Source of the DNA: a virus
Lineage: Duplodnaviria > Caudoviricetes
IMG/VR virus record: IMGVR_UViG_3300049725_000013
Location: 1 to 30,086 of that record
Length of the DNA: 30,086 bases
Strand: one strand, 5' to 3'
The notes under the pieces were generated by a model. The model was not told where the DNA came from. It saw only the letters and a list, made by a program, of their open reading frames with translations, and did no database searches. Positions 1-8,230 of the stretch are shown here, one piece after another. The position numbers and the translations under genes were made by a program. The first letter of the stretch is position 1. Every line of letters begins with the position of its first letter.

Positions 1-58
1 CGACATCCAGCTCGTTGTTGAGAAGGAACAAAGGATAACGAGTCGCTATCGTGGCTAA
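1..58 (+). CDS. 3' end of an upstream tail gene (partial; possibly tape measure protein)
   Basis: Frame 2 reads DIQLVVEKEQRITSRYRG* and its stop overlaps the GTG start of the next gene. Tape-measure identity is inferred from position only. Confidence 0.45.
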   Translation, partial: DIQLVVEKEQRITSRYRG

Positions 59-1667
59 TCCCCATATACATACCCTCGTCTTCCCTGAGGAGACGCTCAA
101 CCAAAATTCAGTTCCCACCGGGGATAACTGGCAACTCAAGATCGTCTTTACCGTCAACGAGGAAGGGACGAACTCAACAGATGATGCTGTCGCGAACCAC
201 GTTGACATCAAGAATCATGGCAAGGCGAAATGGGAACTGAATATGGACGAATCCCTATTCATGCCTGGTGAGAGCAATATCGTCCTCTGCGAGACTGGTT
301 CATACCTTTATAATGCTTTGTTCGGCACGGATTCACACTCGGTTGCCACCGACAAGAAATTCGAAGCCAAGATTTACCTAAACGCTGTTTTGGAATATTC
401 TGGTTACGTCGTGGAGGACTCCATCGTTTATGTCGAAGCAGAGAAGACGTTGAGTTTCTCGCTATCAACTCCAACGGATATACTTTCGACGACCAATCTA
501 TTCACCGATGATAACATCCCGACCGATCCATTCGACTACGCATACGCAGAAACAGAAGGATCGGAATATGTCATATCCATCCTTGATGTTCACTATGACT
601 CCAACAATAAGATCGTAACGATCTTTCACCCACCGATTGGAAGCGCGAATAGTAATTTCGATACGGGTCGATTGGTGAAGATATTTGGCGTCACTGGGAT
701 GACCGACCTAAACGCTTCATGGCAGATAAAGGACAAGTTACTATCTCCGGATGGATCACAACAATTAGCGATCAAGATCTCTCTTATGACGGACCAAACA
801 TACACCGGAGGGGGGACCATCGTCAATTTCGCTTACGATAAGGTGAATTATCCGGTCGCATATTCTGATTTCATTGGGAAGTGTTTTGGACTCATAAACC
901 CGTCCTTATCTACAGGAGACGAGAGCATCCAGGTTAGTCATAATTGGTTGTTTCACGGCGTGCACGGGGGGAGCGAATACGATTTCAATTTGAAGGATAT
1001 ATATTTCTTGTTAGATAACTACTACTTCGACCCCAATATAGGAGCAAAGAGCGTTATAGAACTCTTAAAGGCGATGGCCTTAGAGTTGATCAGTTACGTC
1101 GGGATGATCAACAATGAGCAAGCGTTCTTTAAAAGGTTGTATTATTATGATCCTACAGACGAACAGACGATCTCGAATGTCTTGACCAGGAAAATGACAT
1201 ACCAGCAAGAACTCACGACCGCCATATCCGTGAAAGACATGGAGATGGCACAGATTTTATCGGATGCGCAAACGATATACTACCTACCATCGAGAAATGT
1301 TTTTAGCATTTCCACCAAGAAGAAAGAGATACAAACTTATTTAACATTCTATGATTATGCCGGGGGATCGGGGGGAAGTTTGTCAGCTTACCGAGGAGGC
1401 GATGAATACAGCATAACCAGTGCAAAAGATTCGACAGTATGCAACGATTATAAACCGAGTTTCTGGCTCATCGCCAATGCTTGGTACTCGGCGTTAAACA
1501 AACTCGGAAATTTTAGGACGGATGAAATGACCGTGAATGTGGTGACAGTCCATCCGACGAAATGTTTCATCTTTTCGGGTTGTAAATATCAACCCATCTA
1601 CGTCGAGAAAGACTGGGAGAATCATATCACGACCATCAAGGCGATATTCTTGGGATTGGATTCATGA
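51..1667 (+). CDS. Phage tail/baseplate structural protein with an inserted small beta-barrel (E1 FCCH-like) domain
   Basis: 538-aa acidic beta-rich ORF in the tail region. The segment GRLVKIFGVTGMTDLNASWQI...TYTGGGT resembles the FCCH-like domain common in phage tail proteins. Confidence 0.6.
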   Translation: MANPHIHTLVFPEETLNQNSVPTGDNWQLKIVFTVNEEGTNSTDDAVANHVDIKNHGKAKWELNMDESLFMPGESNIVLCETGSYLYNALFGTDSHSVATDKKFEAKIYLNAVLEYSGYVVEDSIVYVEAEKTLSFSLSTPTDILSTTNLFTDDNIPTDPFDYAYAETEGSEYVISILDVHYDSNNKIVTIFHPPIGSANSNFDTGRLVKIFGVTGMTDLNASWQIKDKLLSPDGSQQLAIKISLMTDQTYTGGGTIVNFAYDKVNYPVAYSDFIGKCFGLINPSLSTGDESIQVSHNWLFHGVHGGSEYDFNLKDIYFLLDNYYFDPNIGAKSVIELLKAMALELISYVGMINNEQAFFKRLYYYDPTDEQTISNVLTRKMTYQQELTTAISVKDMEMAQILSDAQTIYYLPSRNVFSISTKKKEIQTYLTFYDYAGGSGGSLSAYRGGDEYSITSAKDSTVCNDYKPSFWLIANAWYSALNKLGNFRTDEMTVNVVTVHPTKCFIFSGCKYQPIYVEKDWENHITTIKAIFLGLDS

Positions 1668-2050
1668 TTTTTGGGACGCTGGAACCGAGCATCGTCCTTC
1701 CGGACGACACTGTGATCAACCTCGACCATTCGGTCGTCATTAAGAACGAACCGGATACAAAATCATTCGTCAACAAGAACGATTTGACGGGAGAAGACCA
1801 GGCAGTGAAAAGAGGTTATCATTGGCTATTCGACGTGAGGATATACTTATACAAATATTCGAACCAGGTCGGAACGTACCAAAGCCTGGCGGCGATTCTT
1901 GAAACAGAGGTCAAATTTCGGCCGCATCGGGATCATATCTCTTTTCAGGACTCACTCGGAAACATAGTTTGGTTCCTTTTCACTGAGATTGTTCCTGAAT
2001 ACATAACCACCACGGACATAGAGGCGATCTATTGCGGGGCGGTCACATGA
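1664..2050 (+). CDS. Putative tail protein, paralog A (C-terminally shorter)
   Basis: ATGA overlap with the upstream gene. Aligns by eye with 2047-2541 (IFGT, K.EP, RG.HWLFDV.I.L.KY, HRD...FQDS.G, TTTD). Confidence 0.7.
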   Translation: MIFGTLEPSIVLPDDTVINLDHSVVIKNEPDTKSFVNKNDLTGEDQAVKRGYHWLFDVRIYLYKYSNQVGTYQSLAAILETEVKFRPHRDHISFQDSLGNIVWFLFTEIVPEYITTTDIEAIYCGAVT

Positions 2051-2541
2051 GCATTTTTGGAACTGAAGGACCGAGGATCATAACCGGGGCCGATGTTACT
2101 ATCGACCTTGATTATGCCATCGTCTTAAAAGACGAACCGGAGTATAAAAATCTTACACATGAGAACGAGATCACCGGAAGCCGATATTTTATCCAAAGAG
2201 GATCACATTGGTTGTTTGATGTACAAATTCATCTTTGGAAATACGAAGGCATGCCAGATCCATACGATAGACTTGTAAGTGCTCTCTACGACGATGCGAT
2301 TGTTGTTTACAAGCACAGGGATGGAAACCCTTTTCAGGATTCAGCCGGGGCGGATGTTCCGTTCGTGCTTTATGAACTCAATCCTTATTATATGACGACG
2401 ACGGATTACAAGGATGCCTTGATATTGAAATTCAAATCCATGAAATACGTTGACATTGGAAGGCTGTCGTATTCTACCAGAGGCATGGAAGACGGTGGGA
2501 CAAGAATCACGGAAGACGGAGAAGACCGAATAACAGGATAA
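2047..2541 (+). CDS. Putative tail protein, paralog B, with C-terminal EDG repeat (fibre-docking-like motif)
   Basis: ATG at 2047 overlaps the stop of paralog A. C-terminus is RGMEDGGTRITEDGEDRITG. Confidence 0.7.
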   Translation: MSIFGTEGPRIITGADVTIDLDYAIVLKDEPEYKNLTHENEITGSRYFIQRGSHWLFDVQIHLWKYEGMPDPYDRLVSALYDDAIVVYKHRDGNPFQDSAGADVPFVLYELNPYYMTTTDYKDALILKFKSMKYVDIGRLSYSTRGMEDGGTRITEDGEDRITG

Positions 2542-2553
2542 AGAGAGGCCAAA

Positions 2554-5268
2554 ATGAAAACGAAATACTTTATCGCAGCGCTTATTATGTGTTCCGGGAT
2601 TGCAGCGGCTTTCCCTACAACTCCGGACACGACCAAGAAAAAAATAAGGGACCTGGTCGAAACTACTATCAAGGGCGACACGGTTTGGATAGAAGTTAAT
2701 TGCAAGATCAGTGGAGCTTGGTATTCGAAAAAGCTCAAGCTTCCGTTGACGGGCATCTTCCTCGGCGATTCATCTGTGAGTTACGCCAAGCTCAAAAAAA
2801 CCGTAGCCGGTGCCGGACTCGGCGGGGGACTGGATTCGGCTTTAATTGTTTTGGTTGACGGATCGACCATTGAAATTAATTCTGACGTACTCAGGGTTAA
2901 GGATGCTGGAATAGACTCCAATAAAATCGCTCCCCTTGCCGTGCAGACATCGGATATTGCTGCCTCTGCGGTCGGAACCGCACAGGCAAAGATGGATCAA
3001 TTTTCCAACGCATTAAAAGATTCCATACTTGGATTCACGCACAAAATCCAGGGTGCGTTGCTTGATACGGGGATCGTAGGAATAAATCATCTGACCCAGG
3101 CTGCTCGAAATGAGATCCGCAGCGGTGGAAACATTGTAAACAATCCCGGAGAGACATTAGTTCAAAACGCTGACAGCACGATCGACATAAATTGGCTTTC
3201 ATTTCTGAATCAAGGCATTTGGTCCAAGCAGGGTATTGTCATCTCTCCGACATTGGCGGGTGAGGGAACAGGCACCGTAGAACCAAACGTTATTTGGGAC
3301 GGGAACGTGCAAATCCTTGCAGCCGACAGTGTGTTTAAAATGTGGTATAGGGGGGACAACGGTGCTACGCAAAATATTTATTATGCCGAATCGATAGACG
3401 GAATTGTCTGGACAAAAATGACTATGCCTGTCTTAACTGGATATACTCAGCCGTTTGTATTTAAATATGGGTTCACTTATTATTTTTACGGATCAAATGG
3501 GAATTTGGCTGAATATACCTCATCTAATGGAATTACGTGGAGCCTGGTAACCGCCAACGCTCTTAATGTTGGGGAGGGAGGGGCTTGGGATCATCAGGTC
3601 ATAGCCAATTCATTCGTATGGGTTGAATCCGGCACGTGGCACATGCTTTATGAGGCATGCGCCAATACCAGTTACATCTATTCGATTGGACTTGCTACGT
3701 CCGCCAATGGAACGACGTGGACAAAATCATTATCCAATCCCGTGTTAACTGGATCAGGTGAATTTGGAGGGCCGTTTCTTTATAAGTCTGGCGCAACATA
3801 TTGGGTATGGGTTCATACTGCCAGTTCTGGAAATCTTCCCACTGACATACGAAGATATTATTCAAGCAACTTAACGAGCTGGACGAAATCTCCCTCGCAT
3901 CCAACTCTCAGCAGGACAACGACCGACGAGGGTGTAGGCAATTCGAGGGGGCAGATCGGCGATGTTTCGATGGTGCAAGTCAACGACAAAACATATATTT
4001 ATTATGATATAACTAATGACCAAACAAATTTTAAAATCAGTTTGGCAAAGGCTGATTTGAGCAAGTCTCAGATCGTAACCACGAGCGAAGGCACTAAACA
4101 AACTGTTGCTTCAGAAGTCATTCCAGCATTTAATGCGGCGTATTTTGATTCTTTACTGCTCAATGGTTTGGTTTTGTCATCATATGGTTCTTATAATTTG
4201 CATCTTGGTGGGGCGGATGCGGCAGTTTGTCAAGCTCAACATATATCTGTTCAAAAGGTTTTAACGGGAACGTCAAATAAGGCCGGAGAAAGTTTTTACA
4301 TTGATGGCTCGGTCGGCACTGGAACGGGCGCAGGTGGTAAAATTGTTTTTAGAACGTCTCCCGTTGGCGCTTCTGGCTCAACTCAAAACGCTCTTAGAGA
4401 TGCAGGCTGGATTGATGATGCTGGTTTTCTATCTGGTTTAAAACAACTAAATATCATGTCAAACAGCGCGGCTGGAATGATGATATATGATACCGCCAAC
4501 GTAAAAATGGGTGGGTATTTCATAAATCGAGGAGGAAATTCTTATCTTGATTATACCGGAGCGCTACAAATACGAGGTAGTGCCGGTACGGTTCCAATGA
4601 TCAATGTTTTAAGCGACACAATGGAAATTGATGTCGGTAGTTCCGGGCGAAATACAAAAATATTTAAAGTCTATGGGAAATACTACAGCGGAGGGAATAA
4701 CGGAGGAATTGTTTGCAATGACACATCAGGCGCATTGATGGGGCAGCTCATATTTGCAAGAGGAGGAAACTCGTATCTTGATTATACGGGTTCCTTTAGC
4801 GTCAGGTATGGATCGGGAAGTGGAGGGACAACATTCAAGGCTTTCTCAAACGGGAATTTAATGGTTGGTGGCACTATAGAAAGAATGACGGCGAAACTTT
4901 ATACAACCGGAGTTATGGGATGCTCAAGCACTTTTTGGGTTGGTGACAGTTCAACATACTCTTATATAGTACCAAACGGTGATCTTGTGAAGTCTTCAGA
5001 TCTGACGAAGAAAACTGGTATTTCAAATTTTGAAATCGATGGGCTATGGGAAAAATTTAAAGCTGTTAACCCAATTAATTATTCATGGAAAAACGACAAG
5101 AACAAAATAAAATACGTTGGATTTGGTGCGCAAGAATTTAATCCGGTATTTGACCCATATAGAAAATCATTGGATATTGACAACAGCAAGGTTATGATGG
5201 TGGTGTGGAAGACCATCCAAGAAGCTCAGAAGCGGATTGAAAAATTAGAGGAGAAAGTGAATCCATGA
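2554..5268 (+). CDS. Tail fibre/spike: N-terminal signal peptide, glycoside-hydrolase-like five-bladed beta-propeller, C-terminal intramolecular chaperone (peptidase S74-like)
   Basis: GAGG RBS; N-terminus MKTKYFIAALIMCSGIAAA. Propeller-type repeats FKMWYRG..IYYAESIDGIVWTK, WHMLYEA..IGLATSANGTTWTK..NPVL, YYSSNLTSWTK. Chaperone motifs SSDLTKK, NPINYSWK, GFGAQE and a terminal coiled coil (TIQEAQKRIEKLE). Confidence 0.8.
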   Translation: MKTKYFIAALIMCSGIAAAFPTTPDTTKKKIRDLVETTIKGDTVWIEVNCKISGAWYSKKLKLPLTGIFLGDSSVSYAKLKKTVAGAGLGGGLDSALIVLVDGSTIEINSDVLRVKDAGIDSNKIAPLAVQTSDIAASAVGTAQAKMDQFSNALKDSILGFTHKIQGALLDTGIVGINHLTQAARNEIRSGGNIVNNPGETLVQNADSTIDINWLSFLNQGIWSKQGIVISPTLAGEGTGTVEPNVIWDGNVQILAADSVFKMWYRGDNGATQNIYYAESIDGIVWTKMTMPVLTGYTQPFVFKYGFTYYFYGSNGNLAEYTSSNGITWSLVTANALNVGEGGAWDHQVIANSFVWVESGTWHMLYEACANTSYIYSIGLATSANGTTWTKSLSNPVLTGSGEFGGPFLYKSGATYWVWVHTASSGNLPTDIRRYYSSNLTSWTKSPSHPTLSRTTTDEGVGNSRGQIGDVSMVQVNDKTYIYYDITNDQTNFKISLAKADLSKSQIVTTSEGTKQTVASEVIPAFNAAYFDSLLLNGLVLSSYGSYNLHLGGADAAVCQAQHISVQKVLTGTSNKAGESFYIDGSVGTGTGAGGKIVFRTSPVGASGSTQNALRDAGWIDDAGFLSGLKQLNIMSNSAAGMMIYDTANVKMGGYFINRGGNSYLDYTGALQIRGSAGTVPMINVLSDTMEIDVGSSGRNTKIFKVYGKYYSGGNNGGIVCNDTSGALMGQLIFARGGNSYLDYTGSFSVRYGSGSGGTTFKAFSNGNLMVGGTIERMTAKLYTTGVMGCSSTFWVGDSSTYSYIVPNGDLVKSSDLTKKTGISNFEIDGLWEKFKAVNPINYSWKNDKNKIKYVGFGAQEFNPVFDPYRKSLDIDNSKVMMVVWKTIQEAQKRIEKLEEKVNP

Positions 5269-5519
5269 AGAAGATTGTATTTTTCTTTGCGTGTTTGACT
5301 GCTGCGTGCTTGGCGCAAGAGAAACAAGTTACCAAACCAGACAGCACAATCAAGGTCGAATTGGTCGGACAAATCATCCGAGAAATCCGTGACGAACAAA
5401 AGCAAATGACGGAAAGATATAAAACGCTGGATGATGCTGTCGCCGCGTATGAATTTTTATTAAAACGAGCCGAACAAGATACTGCCGCTGCGTCAATGCC
5501 TCGTGGAAAAGTCAAATGA
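5265..5519 (+). CDS. Small coiled-coil protein with signal peptide, coupled to the tail fibre gene
   Basis: ATGA overlap; MKKIVFFFACLTAACLA|QEKQ followed by an amphipathic helix. Confidence 0.7.
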   Translation: MKKIVFFFACLTAACLAQEKQVTKPDSTIKVELVGQIIREIRDEQKQMTERYKTLDDAVAAYEFLLKRAEQDTAAASMPRGKVK

Positions 5520-5602
5520 AACTGACCTTGAATAGATTCCCGTCAACTCCCTATGGAACGTGGGGTGTGATCATGGGGCCGGGCGTTGACACGGTTTTAT
5601 AA
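5516..5602 (+). pseudogene. 28-aa N-terminal stub resembling DUF5675-family lysis-cassette proteins
   Basis: ATGA-coupled ORF MKLTLNRFPSTPYGTWGVIMGPGVDTVL*, which matches the M.L.L.R......GT.G.L start pattern and then stops early. Confidence 0.45.
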
Positions 5603-5617
5603 ATTATTTGGGAAGGG

Positions 5618-6037
5618 ATGATCATGTTTGACGATGTTGTTGAAAATATCAAGCGCCACGAAGGATTCAGGATGGACGTTTACGAGGATTCGTTGGGGTT
5701 CGATACGATTGGCTACGGGTTCAAAATTTCCAGCTTGGACTTGACTCCCCAAGAAGCCGAAATGATTCTGCGCCGGAAGCTCATTGATCTGGCCGACAAT
5801 ATTCGAGGTCAATTTAAATGGTTTGGCCAAATGCCGGCAACCGTCCAAGACGTAGTTTTGGAAATGTGCTATCAATTAGGGATTGCCGGGTTCGCGGATT
5901 TTCGACAAACCATTGGGAGATTGACGCTTAAGGATTTCAACGGTGCCTCTGAATGTATGCGGAATTCGTTATGGTATAAACAGACTCCGGTTCGCGCCGA
6001 AGAGCTGGCGAAGAAGATGGAGGCGGTCAATGGGTGA
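5618..6037 (+). CDS. Endolysin, T4-lysozyme-like muramidase (GH24)
   Basis: Catalytic E-x8-D-x5-T pattern in IKRHEGFRMDVYEDSLGFDTIGYG; also M.YQLG..G and S.WYKQTP.RA motifs. Confidence 0.9.
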   Translation: MIMFDDVVENIKRHEGFRMDVYEDSLGFDTIGYGFKISSLDLTPQEAEMILRRKLIDLADNIRGQFKWFGQMPATVQDVVLEMCYQLGIAGFADFRQTIGRLTLKDFNGASECMRNSLWYKQTPVRAEELAKKMEAVNG

Positions 6038-6290
6038 AGGTGATTTTACAAGACCTGAAGTATGTGGTGAACCGAGACAGCAGAAACCACAGGAACCTGA
6101 ATTGATAGAACTTCCAAAGCCTTCGATCTTGCAAAGGATGGTTGCTTGGTTCGAGGAATTTTGGAAGGGGATCAGGGCTGCGTTCTCTCGCGTAAACGCT
6201 GCATATGATGAAACCAAATGGCAGAAATTCCTGGGGATAATCAGAGATTTGTTGACTCTGGCCGCAGGGATTTTCAAGCCAAAAATCTAA
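6030..6290 (+). CDS. Lysis-cassette protein with amphipathic helices
   Basis: GGAGG upstream of ATG 6030, which overlaps the endolysin end. Helices ILQRMVAWFEEFWKGI and WQKFLGIIRDLLTLAAGIF. Confidence 0.6.
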   Translation: MGEGDFTRPEVCGEPRQQKPQEPELIELPKPSILQRMVAWFEEFWKGIRAAFSRVNAAYDETKWQKFLGIIRDLLTLAAGIFKPKI

Positions 6291-6337
6291 CAGACCATAT
6301 TGCCGACATCGGCAACATGATAACAAGGAGAAATGTC

Positions 6338-6541
6338 ATGGCAGACGCAGTGAAACCAGGTTGGAAAACCTCTGAATTTTGGATGACCGCAATTACCAGT
6401 GTAATTGCGATTCTGGGAAATCTTGCAGGAATCATCCCGACTGATTTGGCGGCGAAGGTTGTCGGCGTTCTAACGGGACTATATACGATCCTGCGAACGC
6501 TCTCAAAACAACCGACCATTACAACGTTGGTTCAAAAGTAA
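6338..6541 (+). CDS. Putative holin (two transmembrane segments)
   Basis: AAGGAG RBS at 6325-6330; KPGWKTSEFW motif followed by two hydrophobic helices; downstream of the endolysin. Confidence 0.7.
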   Translation: MADAVKPGWKTSEFWMTAITSVIAILGNLAGIIPTDLAAKVVGVLTGLYTILRTLSKQPTITTLVQK

Positions 6542-6566
6542 TTTCTACTTATTTACCCTCCCGACA

Positions 6567-6608
6567 AGCGGTCCGTTCAGCGCCATCCCTGGGCGGATCG
6601 CTATTATC
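6567..6608 (+). terminator. Stem-loop after the lysis cassette, probable intrinsic terminator
   Basis: AGCGGTCCGTTCAG pairs with CTGGGCGGATCGCT (three G-U pairs); the T tail (TATTATCT) is weak. Confidence 0.45.
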
Positions 6609-6622
6609 TGAAAGGTAAAGAA

Positions 6623-6709
6623 ATGGCGATCGATATTGGGATAGGGATCATGGGAGTAGGAGGCTTCGTCGCCCTTGCTCAGGTCGGTATAGTTGCGATC
6701 AAAAAATAG
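6623..6709 (+). CDS. 28-aa single-transmembrane peptide (possibly truncated)
   Basis: AAAGGT upstream; MAIDIGIGIMGVGGFVALAQVGIVAIKK*, similar to the N-terminus of 29025-29297. Confidence 0.45.
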   Translation: MAIDIGIGIMGVGGFVALAQVGIVAIKK

Positions 6710-6861
6710 ACCGCCTATTCGAGAAAAACGGTAAATAATTAAATATAATATGACAATGTAGTCATCTCTTTTCCGCGATCCATCCTCCCTAAAAGCATAC
6801 CCTCCCCCTAAAAAAAGGGGGAAAAATAAATTGATCTCCTATCGATTTCTATCCGATTTTA

Positions 6862-6903
6862 CTTGACAATCGTAATTACATGTGGTATATTATAGGTGTC
6901 AAG
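6862..6903 (+). promoter_or_regulatory. Strong sigma70-type early promoter flanked by an inverted repeat (putative operator)
   Basis: TTGACA (6863-6868), 17-nt spacer, extended TG, TATATT (6886-6891). CTTGACA (6862-6868) and TGTCAAG (6897-6903) form an inverted repeat. Confidence 0.8.
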
Positions 6904-6943
6904 AGACAATGACCAACCGCCCCAAGAGGGTAAGGAGAACAAA

Positions 6944-7171
6944 ATGACACTCGAAGAAATCAAAAACTCGCCGGACCTTGATTTGAAAGTTCGCGAATTG
7001 GGTTTGGTCGTTGGCCGTACGCTTGTTGGCGGGAATGGCGTTGAGGTCAAAATCACGGAAGTCACTCCGCACCTTGATATTTTCAAGGGCAAAATAGGCG
7101 AGAAACAATTATCCTTCTCCCTCCGCGCCATAGCATATAATCTCTGCAACGGCAAGGGATCCATCAAATAA
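6944..7171 (+). CDS. Small early hypothetical protein
   Basis: AAGGAG RBS before ATG 6944; first gene after the promoter. Confidence 0.7.
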   Translation: MTLEEIKNSPDLDLKVRELGLVVGRTLVGGNGVEVKITEVTPHLDIFKGKIGEKQLSFSLRAIAYNLCNGKGSIK

Positions 7172-7197
7172 TTACAACCAATTATCAGGAGGACGAA

Positions 7198-7443
7198 ATG
7201 AAAACTTATCAGGTCAAACAGACAGGCGATGCCTATATCTCTGACGACGGGCAACAATACAAGGCCGACGGAGAGATATTGGATAACGACACAGATCATG
7301 ATAGCGATGTCACTATCTATTGGGACATCCTTGATAATTTCGACCCAGAGAGCCACGACGAGAGCGATGCCTGTGATTGGGGCAAACCCGAAAGCTGTTG
7401 GCATTATGCTCTTGGGTGGATCGACTTTGAGATGACAGAATAG
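7198..7443 (+). CDS. Small very acidic early protein (DNA-mimic/anti-defence candidate)
   Basis: AGGAGG RBS; 81 aa with 22 D/E against 4 K and no R. Confidence 0.7.
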   Translation: MKTYQVKQTGDAYISDDGQQYKADGEILDNDTDHDSDVTIYWDILDNFDPESHDESDACDWGKPESCWHYALGWIDFEMTE

Positions 7444-7452
7444 AGTCGCCTC

Positions 7453-7572
7453 ATGACCCCCGAAGCCATCAAAGCCCTGCGTCTCTCTCGCCGGGAGACG
7501 CAGGCGCAATTCGCCGCCGCGGTCGGGACGACCGTTCTCGTGGCATTCATCAAATATATTTTTCGGCACTGA
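7453..7572 (+). pseudogene. Truncated XRE/Cro HTH gene fused to an unrelated hydrophobic tail
   Basis: MTPEAIKALRLSRRETQAQFAAAVGTTV|LVAFIKYIFRH*. The first 83 nt match 8231-8313 (4 mismatches); the recognition helix is lost. Confidence 0.65.
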
Positions 7573-7619
7573 ATTCAGGAAATCAAAATCGTTGAGTAAC
7601 CGACCAAAGGAGATAGGCC

Positions 7620-8153
7620 ATGTGTGATTTCGTCAGTTGGATAGATATCAAAGGGATGATTTATTTTCTGACCGATGCTGAGATATTCAGTGATTTAGGA
7701 CGCGAGAAACTGTCCGGATGCAAGGACAATGACTTTTTAGGTCATGGGGCCATCCGGAGGTTTTATGATTTAAAAGACAAAGGGGTTGACCGTGAGAATA
7801 AGAATTTCTGGGAAGAAGTATCGAATATTCCAGAAATCATCAGATCAAAATTACAAAACTTTGATCATAATTGGGGAAAAACATTCGAGGAATATTTCCA
7901 AAACGATGATCTGCGCTACATCATCGAATACGCTCCGGACGAGTGGAAATCGAAAGCATGGGAGCAGTTGCTCAAGCAATCTCCATCCAACTCAGATCTG
8001 CGCTACATCATCGAATACGCTCCGGACGAGTGGAAGAAGAAAGCATGGGAGCAGTTGCTCAAGCAATCTCCATCCAACGATGATCTGCGCTACATCATCA
8101 GATACGCTCCGGACGAGTGGAAATCGAAAGCATGGGAGCAGTTAAGAAATTAA
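7620..8153 (+). CDS. Hypothetical protein with C-terminal 29-aa helical repeats
   Basis: AAGGAG RBS; nearly three copies of NDDLRYIIEYAPDEWKSKAWEQLLKQSPS. Confidence 0.8.
   Translation: MCDFVSWIDIKGMIYFLTDAEIFSDLGREKLSGCKDNDFLGHGAIRRFYDLKDKGVDRENKNFWEEVSNIPEIIRSKLQNFDHNWGKTFEEYFQNDDLRYIIEYAPDEWKSKAWEQLLKQSPSNSDLRYIIEYAPDEWKKKAWEQLLKQSPSNDDLRYIIRYAPDEWKSKAWEQLRN
7902..8143 (+). repeat. 87-bp in-frame tandem repeat, about 2.8 copies
   Basis: Units start at 7902, 7989 and 8076 and are nearly identical at the DNA level. Confidence 0.95.
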
Positions 8154-8230
8154 CCAATGGCAATAACCACCGCACAAAAGGGCAAGGAGAACAGAATGAA
8201 GATCATCAAAAATGAAGCTGGTATTAGCAG

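Noticed and set aside
6803-6830. Terminator at TCCCCCT-A6-AGGGGGA
   Set aside because: The hairpin is not followed by a U-tract on either strand.
6859-7569. 236-aa minus-strand ORF and the other minus-strand ORFs (e.g. 10072-10755, 11671-12291, 27228-27767)
   Set aside because: They are antisense shadows of + strand genes that have RBSs and recognisable motifs; none has a family signature.
7902-8143. CRISPR array or diversity-generating retroelement TR/VR pair
   Set aside because: The repeats are contiguous and in frame with no spacers, and no reverse transcriptase or cas gene is present in the window.
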